Source: a virus (lineage: Duplodnaviria > Caudoviricetes). Taken from it: a DNA stretch of 53,411 nt. The stretch is taken from IMG/VR virus record IMGVR_UViG_3300034121_000706, positions 1 through 53,411 of that record. One strand, given 5' to 3'. How positions within the stretch are numbered: position 1 is the stretch's first letter; each line of letters opens with the position of its first letter. Below, one piece after another: positions 31,224 to 40,642 of this stretch. The translations under genes were made by a program, and so were the position numbers. Below the pieces are notes generated by a model. It was given only the letters and a program-made list of their open reading frames with translations, ran no database searches and was not told the DNA's origin.

Positions 31224-31883
31224 TTAAAGCATTTTAATCTTCTGTAAGTGATAGTTTAATATATCAGTCTGTATGCTTTTGTTCAAAAGATAAAACTTCA
31301 TATCCGAAACTTCGTTAAACCTACTTATAAACATTGGTAACACATCACATGGTTCGTGGTACATATACCTGGCATCCTTGTTGTAGTAATTTTCGTCAAC
31401 TACTTCTTTTTTAACCATTTCGGCTGCATACTTTATAACTTTTTCTGCTTTTATGTAGCAAGGGTTGTTTTCTTCTCTGCCAAATGTTCGGTACTCATGT
31501 CCTATTGATTTAAGAAATCCAGACAATATGCGTGAATTGTTGCGTTCAAAGTTTCCGTGTGTTTCAATCTTTGCCAAAAGGAACGGATATGCCATGTAAT
31601 GCATCAGTGAGTATAGTAATATCTGTTTTTTAGTTAAATCTATCAGGCTGTAATTGGTTTTAGGCTTCATTATTGTCAATAACTCATCCATATTCTCCTT
31701 TATGTAATCAAATATATGGCAACTATGTTCCGCATAGGTGTACACTTTTGCGGTTTGACCAGCAAACATAGGTGTTAAACTGATAGCGTATATGGCATCT
31801 GTTATCTCATACCCATTGTCAAGTACATTCTCGTCTAAACTCGTTAGGTGCATTTTTTTCTTACTTCGTGTCTTTAGTATCAT
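31224..31883 (-). CDS. Degenerate HD-domain (YfbR-like) protein
   Basis: ISLTPMFAGQT..VYTYAEHS matches the LS...RFxGH...YSVAxHS motif, but LLHD is replaced by LMHY; start moved to MILKTRS. Confidence 0.6.
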   Translation of the reverse strand: MILKTRSKKKMHLTSLDENVLDNGYEITDAIYAISLTPMFAGQTAKVYTYAEHSCHIFDYIKENMDELLTIMKPKTNYSLIDLTKKQILLYSLMHYMAYPFLLAKIETHGNFERNNSRILSGFLKSIGHEYRTFGREENNPCYIKAEKVIKYAAEMVKKEVVDENYYNKDARYMYHEPCDVLPMFISRFNEVSDMKFYLLNKSIQTDILNYHLQKIKML

Positions 31884-31887
31884 GGTA

Positions 31888-33864
31888 TTAAGTTTTTTTA
31901 AACCTGTTGTTTTCTCTTGTAAACCCAAATAACTTCTGTACTTGCCCTGTCGGCTTAACTATATTGTCACCCAATAATCTTTTTTGGCTGTCGTGTATTA
32001 AGCATCCACCTAATGCATCCACACTATCTAATTTCTTTGTCTGTACTGTATCATCGTACCGTGTCATATCCAATACAAGATTTGGAAAGTAGATTCTGTC
32101 GGAGTAATCCTCAACGTACTGTTGTAGGAAACTTCTGCGGTGGTCTTTCCAGTATTCATCTACCTTTAAGCCATATTCTTTGAAGTCAATATTTACATCA
32201 GATGCTTTTAATGGCTTACGTTGCATCAGATGTTTGGCGTTATCTAAAAACCAAATGTGTATCGGTGACGGTTCTCGTTCCACTAATGCCTTACAGTTAT
32301 ACCAGGTGCAAATCCGTGAACAGTATTCCGCAAACGTTCTCGGATCATCAGGATTATCTATGTACTCACATACAGGTAGGTAACCCATGCGTAAATGAAT
32401 ATCCAATTTCTGTTTTAGTGTAACTGCATCTTGTAATTGTGTGAATAACTGCTCTTTCTCAAAGTCATTCATTTTGACTTTTCGCTTGAATACATACATC
32501 GCACCCTTTGAGCCAATGGTTTGCTTCTGCTGAATACCGTATGCATCCACAAATGCTATGTATATTGCCGATGTTATACTTTCACGTTGCGGTGTTTCAA
32601 TAAACTTTACCTTACCGCCTTTCTTTGGGAAGAATATTATGCTTTTTCTGTTATCATCCCAATTCAACTCACCCTCTCTCATATAATTATCATTCGATGC
32701 GAGTACCTTTGATTGGTGAAATAACTTTGTTTTATTAAATATTGATGTGCCTGTGCTTTGTAGTGCTTCTTCTGGTGTTAATGGGAACTTCTGCATTTCC
32801 TCTGCTAACTGTTGGTCGTTATTGTACTGAAATAACTTGTACCGCTTAGTCATAATCTCAAATACTGCTTTTTCAATATCCTCGTTACCATAATCGTCAA
32901 CGTGCATACCTGCGAATGCGGGAACAAACCACCGTATTAAATCTCTTGTTTCTGCCCTATCCCAAAGTTCAATGTAGTCTTGCCCGAACTTATCAAAGTC
33001 ACCTGCCACACCTGTTAGAATTGGTACACCTACCCTTGTGATACCATTTTTTCCGTTTAACGCAGGTAGCGTATTGTCAACTAACTGTAAAAGGTTTTTT
33101 GTTTTACCGGATTCATCATGCCCCCAAATCCTTGCACCATACCCCTCCAATGATTCAGGCGTTGGCGCACGGCTGACAATACGGCTGTCGTTTCCCAATA
33201 TAATTGTATTACCGTCTTTGTCTTTTGTCTTTTTACCTACGTGGTACACACCACGATTGTTCTCTATTTCTGAATATCTTAGGTAACTTGGATAACGGTA
33301 AAAATTAAACTTTACTTTCTGTTGCAGAAATGAATCACTGGCAGCTTCATCTTTTGATGTAAGTAAGGCAGTCACCTCTTTGTTTACACTAATCACGGTA
33401 TTCATTGCGTGACCTAACTCTGCTGACTTACCTAAACCTCGCTTACTCAACCATATAATTCCTTGCCCTCTGTTGTCACCAAAGTAATTACTGTTACCAT
33501 ACAGGCAACTTTCGATTAATTCAAATGTTTTATTGGTGTACTCACGGTATTCAGGTCTTATTCCACCACCACCTGCTCTATCTAAAATGCTTGTATAGTT
33601 GACATACGAATACATTGTGCCGTTAAGCGCATCGTGTCCATTCTTCCACCTGCGGAAATATTCAAGCTGACGTTCCTCACGTTCTTCTTTTGTTTTTAAA
33701 TGCAGTAGTGATTGTGGTAGCGTAATCCGTTTATGTTTAATCAGATTAGGCTTCGGCATATACCCGTGTTGTTCGAGTGTGTCCATGTACCGCTTTGTAA
33801 TGTCCTTAATGGATTCCAAAGAGTTTGGTGTGAATATCTCGTTTATAGGGTTTTTGATTATCAC
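31888..33864 (-). CDS. terL: Terminase large subunit
   Basis: Walker A SKRGLGKS, Walker B WGHDESG, FPLTPEEA, nuclease FVDAYG and DSVDA. Confidence 0.93.
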   Translation of the reverse strand: MIIKNPINEIFTPNSLESIKDITKRYMDTLEQHGYMPKPNLIKHKRITLPQSLLHLKTKEEREERQLEYFRRWKNGHDALNGTMYSYVNYTSILDRAGGGGIRPEYREYTNKTFELIESCLYGNSNYFGDNRGQGIIWLSKRGLGKSAELGHAMNTVISVNKEVTALLTSKDEAASDSFLQQKVKFNFYRYPSYLRYSEIENNRGVYHVGKKTKDKDGNTIILGNDSRIVSRAPTPESLEGYGARIWGHDESGKTKNLLQLVDNTLPALNGKNGITRVGVPILTGVAGDFDKFGQDYIELWDRAETRDLIRWFVPAFAGMHVDDYGNEDIEKAVFEIMTKRYKLFQYNNDQQLAEEMQKFPLTPEEALQSTGTSIFNKTKLFHQSKVLASNDNYMREGELNWDDNRKSIIFFPKKGGKVKFIETPQRESITSAIYIAFVDAYGIQQKQTIGSKGAMYVFKRKVKMNDFEKEQLFTQLQDAVTLKQKLDIHLRMGYLPVCEYIDNPDDPRTFAEYCSRICTWYNCKALVEREPSPIHIWFLDNAKHLMQRKPLKASDVNIDFKEYGLKVDEYWKDHRRSFLQQYVEDYSDRIYFPNLVLDMTRYDDTVQTKKLDSVDALGGCLIHDSQKRLLGDNIVKPTGQVQKLFGFTRENNRFKKT

Positions 33865-33870
33865 TTATAC

Positions 33871-34065
33871 TTATTGTTTTGCTTCTTTAATCCATAAATC
33901 AATCAATGCTTTTGTCTTTTCCATGTCTTGAATAAAACACCCCTTTCTTTCGGCACGGTCTATCCGTTTTATTAAATCAAATTGATATGCGTTCCAACCA
34001 CGTTGTTGTGCAATCTTATAAAGACTACCATTGCTGTTATCGTAGTATTCGGGTGTTTTAGACAT
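33871..34065 (-). CDS. DUF3310-like (T7 gp1.7-related) small protein
   Basis: P.YY...IKRIDRAERKG..QDMEK pattern. Confidence 0.65.
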   Translation of the reverse strand: MSKTPEYYDNSNGSLYKIAQQRGWNAYQFDLIKRIDRAERKGCFIQDMEKTKALIDLWIKEAKQ

Positions 34066-34330
34066 TCAGTTTTGCTTTCAGTTTTTTCCACCACGACTTA
34101 ATTCTGTTTTTCAGTTTCACATCTTCGGCTTTCTTTTTCTCAATGTGCATTTCACGGATTTGCTTAATCAAAGACATCAGCATTTCAAATAATTCCATGC
34201 GTGTACAGTCCTCGAAATTCTTTCCGTTTAACATCTTCTCTTTTGCCACCATCAGGCGAAAGTCATTGCGTGACATTTCAACCTGTGGTGGTGGTGTTTG
34301 CTGTTGTGGTGCTTTCTTCATCTTATCCAT
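34058..34330 (-). CDS. Hypothetical protein
   Basis: Coupled ORF. Confidence 0.6.
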   Translation of the reverse strand: MDKMKKAPQQQTPPPQVEMSRNDFRLMVAKEKMLNGKNFEDCTRMELFEMLMSLIKQIREMHIEKKKAEDVKLKNRIKSWWKKLKAKLNV

Positions 34331-34353
34331 TTTTGCTGTTGTGGATTAATAAT

Positions 34354-34464
34354 TTACTTCCAAATTAGATATACTGTGTACATAACCGCAATACCGAGTG
34401 TGCAAATAAATAGCACGTACAATAATGCAAGAGTTCCGAATAATATGGATAGTATTTTGTTCAT
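34354..34464 (-). CDS. 36-aa hydrophobic membrane peptide
   Basis: Hand-translated MNKILSILFGTLALLYVLFICTLGIAVMYTVYLIWK; fills an intergenic gap. Confidence 0.55.
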   Translation of the reverse strand: MNKILSILFGTLALLYVLFICTLGIAVMYTVYLIWK

Positions 34465-34467
34465 AGA

Positions 34468-34860
34468 TTAGAACGGAAGATCAAGACTGTCACCAGGCAA
34501 CGCTTCTTGCGTCAAACCGTTTTCATCTACCTTAGAACTGAACTGTTCCTGCGATACGGCTTCTGCTTTCTTTTCCGATTTACTTGCGTTTACGGTTTTG
34601 TAAGCGGAAATATCCGTGTACCATTTACCTTGATACTCACGGCTTTTAAATGTGTATTCAACTTCAATAAAGTCACCGACCTTATTAAATTTTGCAAAGT
34701 CGTCAACGAATTTACCGTTGTCGCCCTTTGCTGACTTTGTAAACGTACAAGATTGTGGGTATTGTCCTTCTGTTTCCTGAACGACAAACATTACGCTTTT
34801 CCACTCGCCACGTTCTGTTACTGGCATAATTGCCGTGATTTTTCCTGAAAATTTCTGCAT
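34468..34860 (-). CDS. DUF3127 family OB-fold ssDNA-binding-like protein
   Basis: GKI...W....FVVQE..QYPQ...SREYQGKWYTDI and C-terminal DLPF tail. Confidence 0.85.
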   Translation of the reverse strand: MQKFSGKITAIMPVTERGEWKSVMFVVQETEGQYPQSCTFTKSAKGDNGKFVDDFAKFNKVGDFIEVEYTFKSREYQGKWYTDISAYKTVNASKSEKKAEAVSQEQFSSKVDENGLTQEALPGDSLDLPF

Positions 34861-34880
34861 TTTTTATTTGTTTAATTGTG

Positions 34881-35264
34881 TTATTTATTATTCATATAAT
34901 CGTCAATAATCTTTTTGGCATTATCAAATCCGACTGCGAATACCGCATAGTAACCAACATTCAAAAGAATATTTAGCGTCTTGTTCTGCTCTTGGATATG
35001 CTGACCTTTACTTAAACTACCGTCTTTTAAATATGGACTACTATCGGTTGATTTAAGTTCCAATATCAATCCGTGATACTCTGAATTTGGTTTTAGGATT
35101 ATCATATCAGGTATCTTGTGTACCGACCTTTGTGCTTTTAATGATGTTGCTTGTCCCATTGTTAACCTTACACCACTGGCATCGCAAGTGAATACTATAT
35201 CAGGATATTGTAGTTTCAAATAACTACTTACCGCTTTTGATAGATTTTCTTCTTTCTTTGCCAT
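34881..35264 (-). CDS. VRR-NUC domain nuclease (resolvase-like)
   Basis: PD...HGLILELK PD-(D/E)xK motif, Q...GY.A.F..GFD.AK..ID.Y. Confidence 0.85.
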   Translation of the reverse strand: MAKKEENLSKAVSSYLKLQYPDIVFTCDASGVRLTMGQATSLKAQRSVHKIPDMIILKPNSEYHGLILELKSTDSSPYLKDGSLSKGQHIQEQNKTLNILLNVGYYAVFAVGFDNAKKIIDDYMNNK

Positions 35265-35464
35265 TAATCCAAAATTAGTTTGGCATATATCCCATTAGCG
35301 TACCCTGTTTCCTTAACCTTTGTCTTTGACAACTCACCGAAGTAACGGTACTCGCCGTCAATACAGATAGTATCGTTCTTTGCGCTTTTGGTTACAGTCT
35401 TTTTCTTGTTGTTGACGTAAACCTTGTCGCCTTCTCGCAGTAGGTATATATCTATTGATGTCAT
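35264..35464 (-). CDS. Hypothetical protein
   Basis: Coupled ORF. Confidence 0.6.
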   Translation of the reverse strand: MTSIDIYLLREGDKVYVNNKKKTVTKSAKNDTICIDGEYRYFGELSKTKVKETGYANGIYAKLILD

Positions 35465-35904
35465 GCGGTTGTTTTTAAAGTGAGTTCTTTGCCGGTAAGC
35501 GAGTGGTACAAGTTTTGGAGTTGATGAACTGTTTTTATTTCATACCGAAAGTCATAATAAAAAACCTGTTCTGTCGGTAAATCACCACCATCATCATCTA
35601 CATCTGATTTTTGGTGTATATAAAAATCATAGAAGTTCCATTGTGTATGTATTGATTTATACTTTGAGTTAAACCCAAACTTCTCCAACCATTCTTCTGT
35701 CAAGGGAATAGGTTCTGCTTCCGATACATACATTAATCCATCCTTTGACATATTCATCGGATTAAGATTTGTTCGTATAGTTTCAAGGTGAGAAGCAAAT
35801 CCATATTCATCATTCCAATCCATATTAGATTCTATGCCAATAATGTATTGTACCTCACCAGGAATGGTTACATAGTTCCCGATTCTATAATCTCTTGCTC
35901 TCAT
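35461..35904 (-). CDS. Conserved Bacteroidota phage protein (YopX-like)
   Basis: RIGNYV...PIPLTEEWLEKFGF...VHQLQNLY..LTG.EL. Confidence 0.75.
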   Translation of the reverse strand: MRARDYRIGNYVTIPGEVQYIIGIESNMDWNDEYGFASHLETIRTNLNPMNMSKDGLMYVSEAEPIPLTEEWLEKFGFNSKYKSIHTQWNFYDFYIHQKSDVDDDGGDLPTEQVFYYDFRYEIKTVHQLQNLYHSLTGKELTLKTTA

Positions 35905-35905
35905 A

Positions 35906-36118
35906 TTACAGTACAATTTCTTTTTCTACTTTGCCGGTACAATCAATCACCCGAATAACTGTTTTACTATCTACCATAAACAATCCCGCCATTGCCTTAA
36001 TGTTTTTGAGTGCGGATTGCTTTGTCTTTAATGTTTTAGTACATACCAATACCTGATTGTTCTTGCCGTGATAGGACACATAGAACTGCTTGTCTTTTGA
36101 ACGATGAATCTTTATCAT
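35906..36118 (-). CDS. YegP/DUF1508-like protein
   Basis: I.RSKD.QFY....KN.QVL......TKQSA.K.I; start taken at MIKIHRS. Confidence 0.7.
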   Translation of the reverse strand: MIKIHRSKDKQFYVSYHGKNNQVLVCTKTLKTKQSALKNIKAMAGLFMVDSKTVIRVIDCTGKVEKEIVL

Positions 36119-36129
36119 ATTATTTAGTT

Positions 36130-36834
36130 TTAGTTTGAAAATAAAGTTACTGGCTTTGCAGGTCTGTCGCCATTTTGCCAATCACTGAACTTTTTATCAC
36201 CCATTTTCTTTATAAAGTGTTTTATATTATTTCTATATAACCCCACCCTGTGATTTGGGTTTACCGCAGCCTGACTATCATCATCCCCAATATCATTGTA
36301 ACCGGCTTCAATCATTTCTTTATGGTTTGGAAATACGTCACTATGCCTATCGGTATCTCTGTTTATTAAATAATCTTCCCTGCCACCAAAAGAAAATATA
36401 GTAATAAAGTTTTCAGGTAACTCTCCGATGCTCTTAAATAACGAAACCTCTTTTGTGTAGGTATAAAATATACACTGCGGGTTGCCATTCGCAAAATTTA
36501 TCCAATCCATTGCATATTGTAAACTAAAAAAATCACCTGCATCGTGTATGCGAATATATTTGCCATCGTATTTTTTAAGTTTCAACTCATCGTTTATTGC
36601 CTTAATCCACTCATCTCTTTTATTTAACACAAATTCAAGTTTCTCAATATGCGCCTTCCTTACATTACTGAACATAAAAGTTCCGTTCTTTGCATAACAA
36701 AAGGCTGCACAAACACCGGCATTAGGACAAGTATTAAATTTAGTTCCATTGGTTAACGTTACCCAATGTGCGGGTAATGTCCATCCATAAATACCTGTCT
36801 TTTTTAAATCCTTATTTTGTGTAAACAAATTCAT
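36130..36834 (-). CDS. GP88-like (radical-SAM-like Fe-S) protein
   Basis: TCPNAGVCAAFCYA, IRIHDAGDFF, FYTYTK, LPENF motifs. Confidence 0.8.
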   Translation of the reverse strand: MNLFTQNKDLKKTGIYGWTLPAHWVTLTNGTKFNTCPNAGVCAAFCYAKNGTFMFSNVRKAHIEKLEFVLNKRDEWIKAINDELKLKKYDGKYIRIHDAGDFFSLQYAMDWINFANGNPQCIFYTYTKEVSLFKSIGELPENFITIFSFGGREDYLINRDTDRHSDVFPNHKEMIEAGYNDIGDDDSQAAVNPNHRVGLYRNNIKHFIKKMGDKKFSDWQNGDRPAKPVTLFSN

Positions 36835-36986
36835 TCTTTAGTTTTACCATTTTTATAAACCCAACCCCATCCGTAGAACACCTTTCGTAGTCCACACCTT
36901 TCACACACCTTATCTGCCACCTGATAACTACTCAACATCTTGACTTTACGCCACCGATGCATTCCGAAGTAGCACCATATACTCAT
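36831..36986 (-). CDS. Small Zn-binding protein (DUF1660-like)
   Basis: Hand-translated MSIWCYFGMHRW...CERCG; ATGA overlaps on both sides. Confidence 0.7.
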   Translation of the reverse strand: MSIWCYFGMHRWRKVKMLSSYQVADKVCERCGLRKVFYGWGWVYKNGKTKE

Positions 36987-37420
36987 ACAAAGAACCATTT
37001 TATCCAGTTCGGAATGCGGTCAAGTTTGTTTCGCAATTCATTATTGGCTTTACCCGATATTCGTGCAACTTCACGTTGATTCATTTCATTCATAGCCAAT
37101 ACCGCATATTGGTCGGATTCAAACTTCAACACTGATTTTAAGGTTTCTATCTCACCTCTAAGTGTAGTATTCTCACGCTTATCTAATTCGTGCAATTTCT
37201 CAAATGGAAGCAAACGTTTAATTTCTGCATTCAGTTTCGTAATATGCTGATTCAACTCGCCTATCTCAACCGTATAGCCGATGTTCTTTTCGTATATCTC
37301 ATCATACGCATCCTTGTTGTTCTTCGCAATCTCCGTCTGCGTAAGTACCTCTAATTTTAAAGCTGCAATCTCTACGTCATGCACCGTTGCTTTCTGTTTT
37401 GTGTTCTTTGTCTTTATCAT
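36983..37420 (-). CDS. Coiled-coil protein
   Basis: Heptad-rich; C-terminal IPNWIKWFFV. Confidence 0.7.
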   Translation of the reverse strand: MIKTKNTKQKATVHDVEIAALKLEVLTQTEIAKNNKDAYDEIYEKNIGYTVEIGELNQHITKLNAEIKRLLPFEKLHELDKRENTTLRGEIETLKSVLKFESDQYAVLAMNEMNQREVARISGKANNELRNKLDRIPNWIKWFFV

Positions 37421-37423
37421 ATT

Positions 37424-38011
37424 CTATAATTTATTTACATCTACATTATCAGCAGTATTCGTTTCAACCGTTTCCTTCTCCTTAACTTCCTCAATAACAT
37501 TATCCGGTACTTCATACTCAAAAGACAACTCCTTCTCAAAGAACTTAATCTGATCGTAGGTACTCTTTATCGTTTCATCCTTAATGCTCTTTGCCGTTGC
37601 ATTATATATCTTCACCTTCTCATCGGTATCATCCACATTCTTCAAACTCTTAATAAACTCCAACTGCGCATCCAGGTAATCTTCCAATACCTGTATCGTA
37701 TCACCAATCTTCTTACGTTTATTATTGTTTATGTCACGGTGATACACCACGATAGCATCCTCAACGTCTTTATTCTTTTTATCCAATATACGCTTACCTT
37801 TCACCGTTGGCTTATCCACCCACCACAACCCATCACATAACTTCAATGCCAGTAACCGTCTATCACCATCACTACGCATCCTGAATATTCCATTACTATC
37901 CGCCACATGAACCACATATTCCATTTCAGCACTATCCAACTTTGGAAACAGCTTCGCCAAACCCACATTGAGTTCAAATACATCTTTACCTGCTTCAATA
38001 CGGACTGTCAT
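37424..38011 (-). CDS. Possible terminase small subunit
   Basis: Helical 195 aa upstream of terL; EYV..V.D....FR pattern reminiscent of crAss-like TerS; function inferred. Confidence 0.4.
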   Translation of the reverse strand: MTVRIEAGKDVFELNVGLAKLFPKLDSAEMEYVVHVADSNGIFRMRSDGDRRLLALKLCDGLWWVDKPTVKGKRILDKKNKDVEDAIVVYHRDINNNKRKKIGDTIQVLEDYLDAQLEFIKSLKNVDDTDEKVKIYNATAKSIKDETIKSTYDQIKFFEKELSFEYEVPDNVIEEVKEKETVETNTADNVDVNKL

Positions 38012-39360
38012 AATTTCAGTTTACTTATTATCTGTGCCAATACGTTTACCACAATCGAATTACCTGCCTGTTTGTATGCCTGACTGTTGCTGACAACCGA
38101 GAAATCGAATGTATCGGGAAAATCCATCAAGCGGAAACATTCTCTTGGTGTTAACTTTCTAATCCTTTTACTACTCTCCACCGCATTCGTATCACCTGTA
38201 TCTAAACAGTACGTGATTCCATCTGTCCAGGACAGATGCCCTGTACCGCCTTTACCTGTCGTACTTGAACGTGGCATCATGTTGTGGACTACAATATCTT
38301 CAACCTCATACAATCCTGTCTTTGCACCCAATCCACCACCTTCTGATTTTATTGTACAAGCAATACCATTATCATCGTATATTCTGCCTGCATCAGAATT
38401 GTTTTCATACAAACTACCAACCTGTGTTAGCTGCGGGATTGCTTGTACTTCTATCTGTTTTGGTTGCTTATAGTCAGTTGCAGTTAAGCAATTCATTAAT
38501 TTACTGTTCTCGCTAAACACCAAACCTCTCTCACCGCCTTTTTCTAAATCACCGACTATATCGTAATCCTGATTCAACTTCAAAATATTATCACTAATAT
38601 CTAATGAAGATGAAGATGAAGTAATCGCACCCGCAACACCTTCCTCATCCTTAAAGTTTATCTTACCTGCATTAAAGTTATCAGCACAATTGTTAAAATA
38701 CTCCAACATCTTATCACTTAAATAATACTTTTCATCCACTTCACTTTCCAAAACATCTTTCAACCTTTTAGTCAACGGTATCTCTTTTGGAAAACTAAAC
38801 ACATTATCTGCATCATCACGAATACCTATAATAAACACCCTCTCCCGATTCTGCGGTACACCAAAGTCTTTTGCATTCAGAACCTTCCAGTACACATGAT
38901 ACGGTACTGCACCATCATACGGAAAAACAATAGGCATACCATTAACCGATTTACCACCCAAGAGATGCAACCACTCACTAAAAGTTTTACCACCATCATC
39001 ACTCAATAAGCCTTTTACATTCTCGAATATGAAATAACGTGGCTTGTTCTTAACTATAAACTCATGTGAATTGAAAAACAAAATACCTCGCTTATCATCC
39101 TTACCTAACCGCTTACCGGCTAAACTGAAACTCTGACAAGGAGGACTCGTCATATAAATATCCAAACTATCGCCAGGTATCTCCCTCTCATAAACATCAC
39201 TCGGATAATAGTCAGGCTCACCGTAGTTGTGTATATAAGTCAATCTTGCATACTTATCCTTATCACAGGCAAAAACAGTCTTATGTTTTATACCCAATCG
39301 CATCAACGACTGCTCAAATGCACCTACTCCGCTAAAATCAGAACCTACTCTTATACTCAT
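38008..39360 (-). CDS. DNA cytosine-5 methyltransferase
   Basis: FSGVG (I), PPCQSFS (IV), ENVKGL (VI), PQNRERVF (VIII), RKLTPREC (IX), QAGNS (X). Confidence 0.95.
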   Translation of the reverse strand: MSIRVGSDFSGVGAFEQSLMRLGIKHKTVFACDKDKYARLTYIHNYGEPDYYPSDVYEREIPGDSLDIYMTSPPCQSFSLAGKRLGKDDKRGILFFNSHEFIVKNKPRYFIFENVKGLLSDDGGKTFSEWLHLLGGKSVNGMPIVFPYDGAVPYHVYWKVLNAKDFGVPQNRERVFIIGIRDDADNVFSFPKEIPLTKRLKDVLESEVDEKYYLSDKMLEYFNNCADNFNAGKINFKDEEGVAGAITSSSSSLDISDNILKLNQDYDIVGDLEKGGERGLVFSENSKLMNCLTATDYKQPKQIEVQAIPQLTQVGSLYENNSDAGRIYDDNGIACTIKSEGGGLGAKTGLYEVEDIVVHNMMPRSSTTGKGGTGHLSWTDGITYCLDTGDTNAVESSKRIRKLTPRECFRLMDFPDTFDFSVVSNSQAYKQAGNSIVVNVLAQIISKLKL

Positions 39361-39662
39361 ATCTCGCTTTCAATATTATCGGTTACCACATCTCGAAATC
39401 CCAACAACTCCATGTACGGTACAAACACCCCAAACTCGTCAAATAACATATCAGAAATCTGCTTCGCCTTCTTTAAACTATGTATGCCATTACGCTGTAA
39501 TCTGTCAGCCGTTTGCCACTCATATCCGAACCCTTTTTTACGCATAGCACCACATACCATTGATGTCGTAATACCGCCTGAAAACCTCTCTATTACAGCC
39601 GTATGGTGATTTAAACACCAGTCGTACTTTGTAGGGTAATCCTTTCTTCTCCTTATTGCCAT
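39357..39662 (-). CDS. Hypothetical (possible DNA-binding) protein
   Basis: First gene of the minus-strand operon. Confidence 0.65.
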   Translation of the reverse strand: MAIRRRKDYPTKYDWCLNHHTAVIERFSGGITTSMVCGAMRKKGFGYEWQTADRLQRNGIHSLKKAKQISDMLFDEFGVFVPYMELLGFRDVVTDNIESEI

Positions 39663-39707
39663 CTTATTATAATGTAGTTTTGCCGTTATAACTATTGTAT
39701 CACATTA

Positions 39708-39715
39708 CAAACATA
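39708..39715 (-). promoter_or_regulatory. Bacteroidota -7 promoter element (TATGTTTG)
   Basis: Matches TAnnTTTG about 45 bp upstream of 39662. Confidence 0.55.
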
Positions 39716-39958
39716 CACCACTTTATCATAATATTACATAATTACCACATCTTACATTTCCACATTTCACGGTAATCATTAAAGTATTTTTTGTAACCAT
39801 TTACAGTGAGGTATTACCAGTGTTGGTATGGTATATGTGCGTGTGTTGTGGGTTGGAATAGAATAGAATAGGGGTGCGCACATCGGAAAGAAACTACCCC
39901 CATACTTAACAAGGGGTGGGGTGCTAAAGGATGCTTAAATAAATGATTTTCAGGCTCT

Positions 39959-39986
39959 ACTTAACATAATGTAAATTATAAGACAA
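39959..39986 (-). other. dif-like XerC/XerD recombination site
   Basis: Minus strand TTGTCTTATAA-TTTACA-TTATGTTAAGT; 11-6-11 layout, XerD arm 10/11 to E. coli TTATGTTAAAT. Confidence 0.75.
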
Positions 39987-40283
39987 TATTATGCAGTCCT
40001 TTGTTTTGCTATTATATACTGATAAAAAGAAATTTAGAAAGGAAATAGAACTAAAAAAGAATATCGGTTAGCTCCTCTCCTACCCTACTGCTATATATAT
40101 GAGTGCTATCTGTACGCTGTTTCCTTAAAGTATCTGTATATATATGCGTATTGCTTTTAAATATCGCCTGTATTTCGTCTTCGTTTGTGTTTTGTTCCTG
40201 GTGTTTGGTGGTTGTTCGCTTAATATTGTGCCGGTTAACTTACTGCGGATTGTGTATTATGTGTTGAGATTTAAAAAAATGAT

Positions 40284-40291
40284 TATCTTTG
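40284..40291 (+). promoter_or_regulatory. Bacteroidota -7 promoter element (TATCTTTG)
   Basis: TAnnTTTG upstream of 40355. Confidence 0.55.
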
Positions 40292-40354
40292 CGCTGTGGC
40301 TTCATATCCTTTTCAAGTTCACAATATTTATGCACATAAGGTAAAAGATATAAA

Positions 40355-40642
40355 ATGGCTCAAAGGATTAGAAATAATAGTTTAGCTAATTACCTGTATA
40401 ATGATTGCCGGATTATATTACTACATATTATTGGCAGTGATTATAAAAAGTTTGCAGATAATCACGGTATTAATGTTCAATCGGTTCAAAACTTCATTAA
40501 ATGGAATTATTCAGATTATGTACTGCATACATCAGATAAAGTGTATAGATATTTAAGCATAGAAAATTGTATTAAGATTCTAGAGTTATCCGGTTATGAA
40601 ATACGGTTAAGTTTAGTATTAAAAAATGATGTTGAAATTTAG
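40355..40642 (+). CDS. Putative Cro/C1-type HTH regulator
   Basis: YKKFADNHGINVQSVQNF HTH-like; LSIENCIKILELSGYEI tail. Confidence 0.6.
   Translation: MAQRIRNNSLANYLYNDCRIILLHIIGSDYKKFADNHGINVQSVQNFIKWNYSDYVLHTSDKVYRYLSIENCIKILELSGYEIRLSLVLKNDVEI

Noticed and set aside
29020-33864. Intein or intron in terminase/portal
   Set aside because: Normal lengths, uninterrupted frames, no splice motifs
1634-39609. Many 60-230 aa ORFs antisense to long genes
   Set aside because: Shadow ORFs with Ser/Phe/Leu-rich composition fully overlapping convincing genes
40144-40344. Hydrophobic 66-aa ORF, possible lipoprotein
   Set aside because: Likely a by-product of T/G-rich non-coding DNA; overlaps the promoter of 40355
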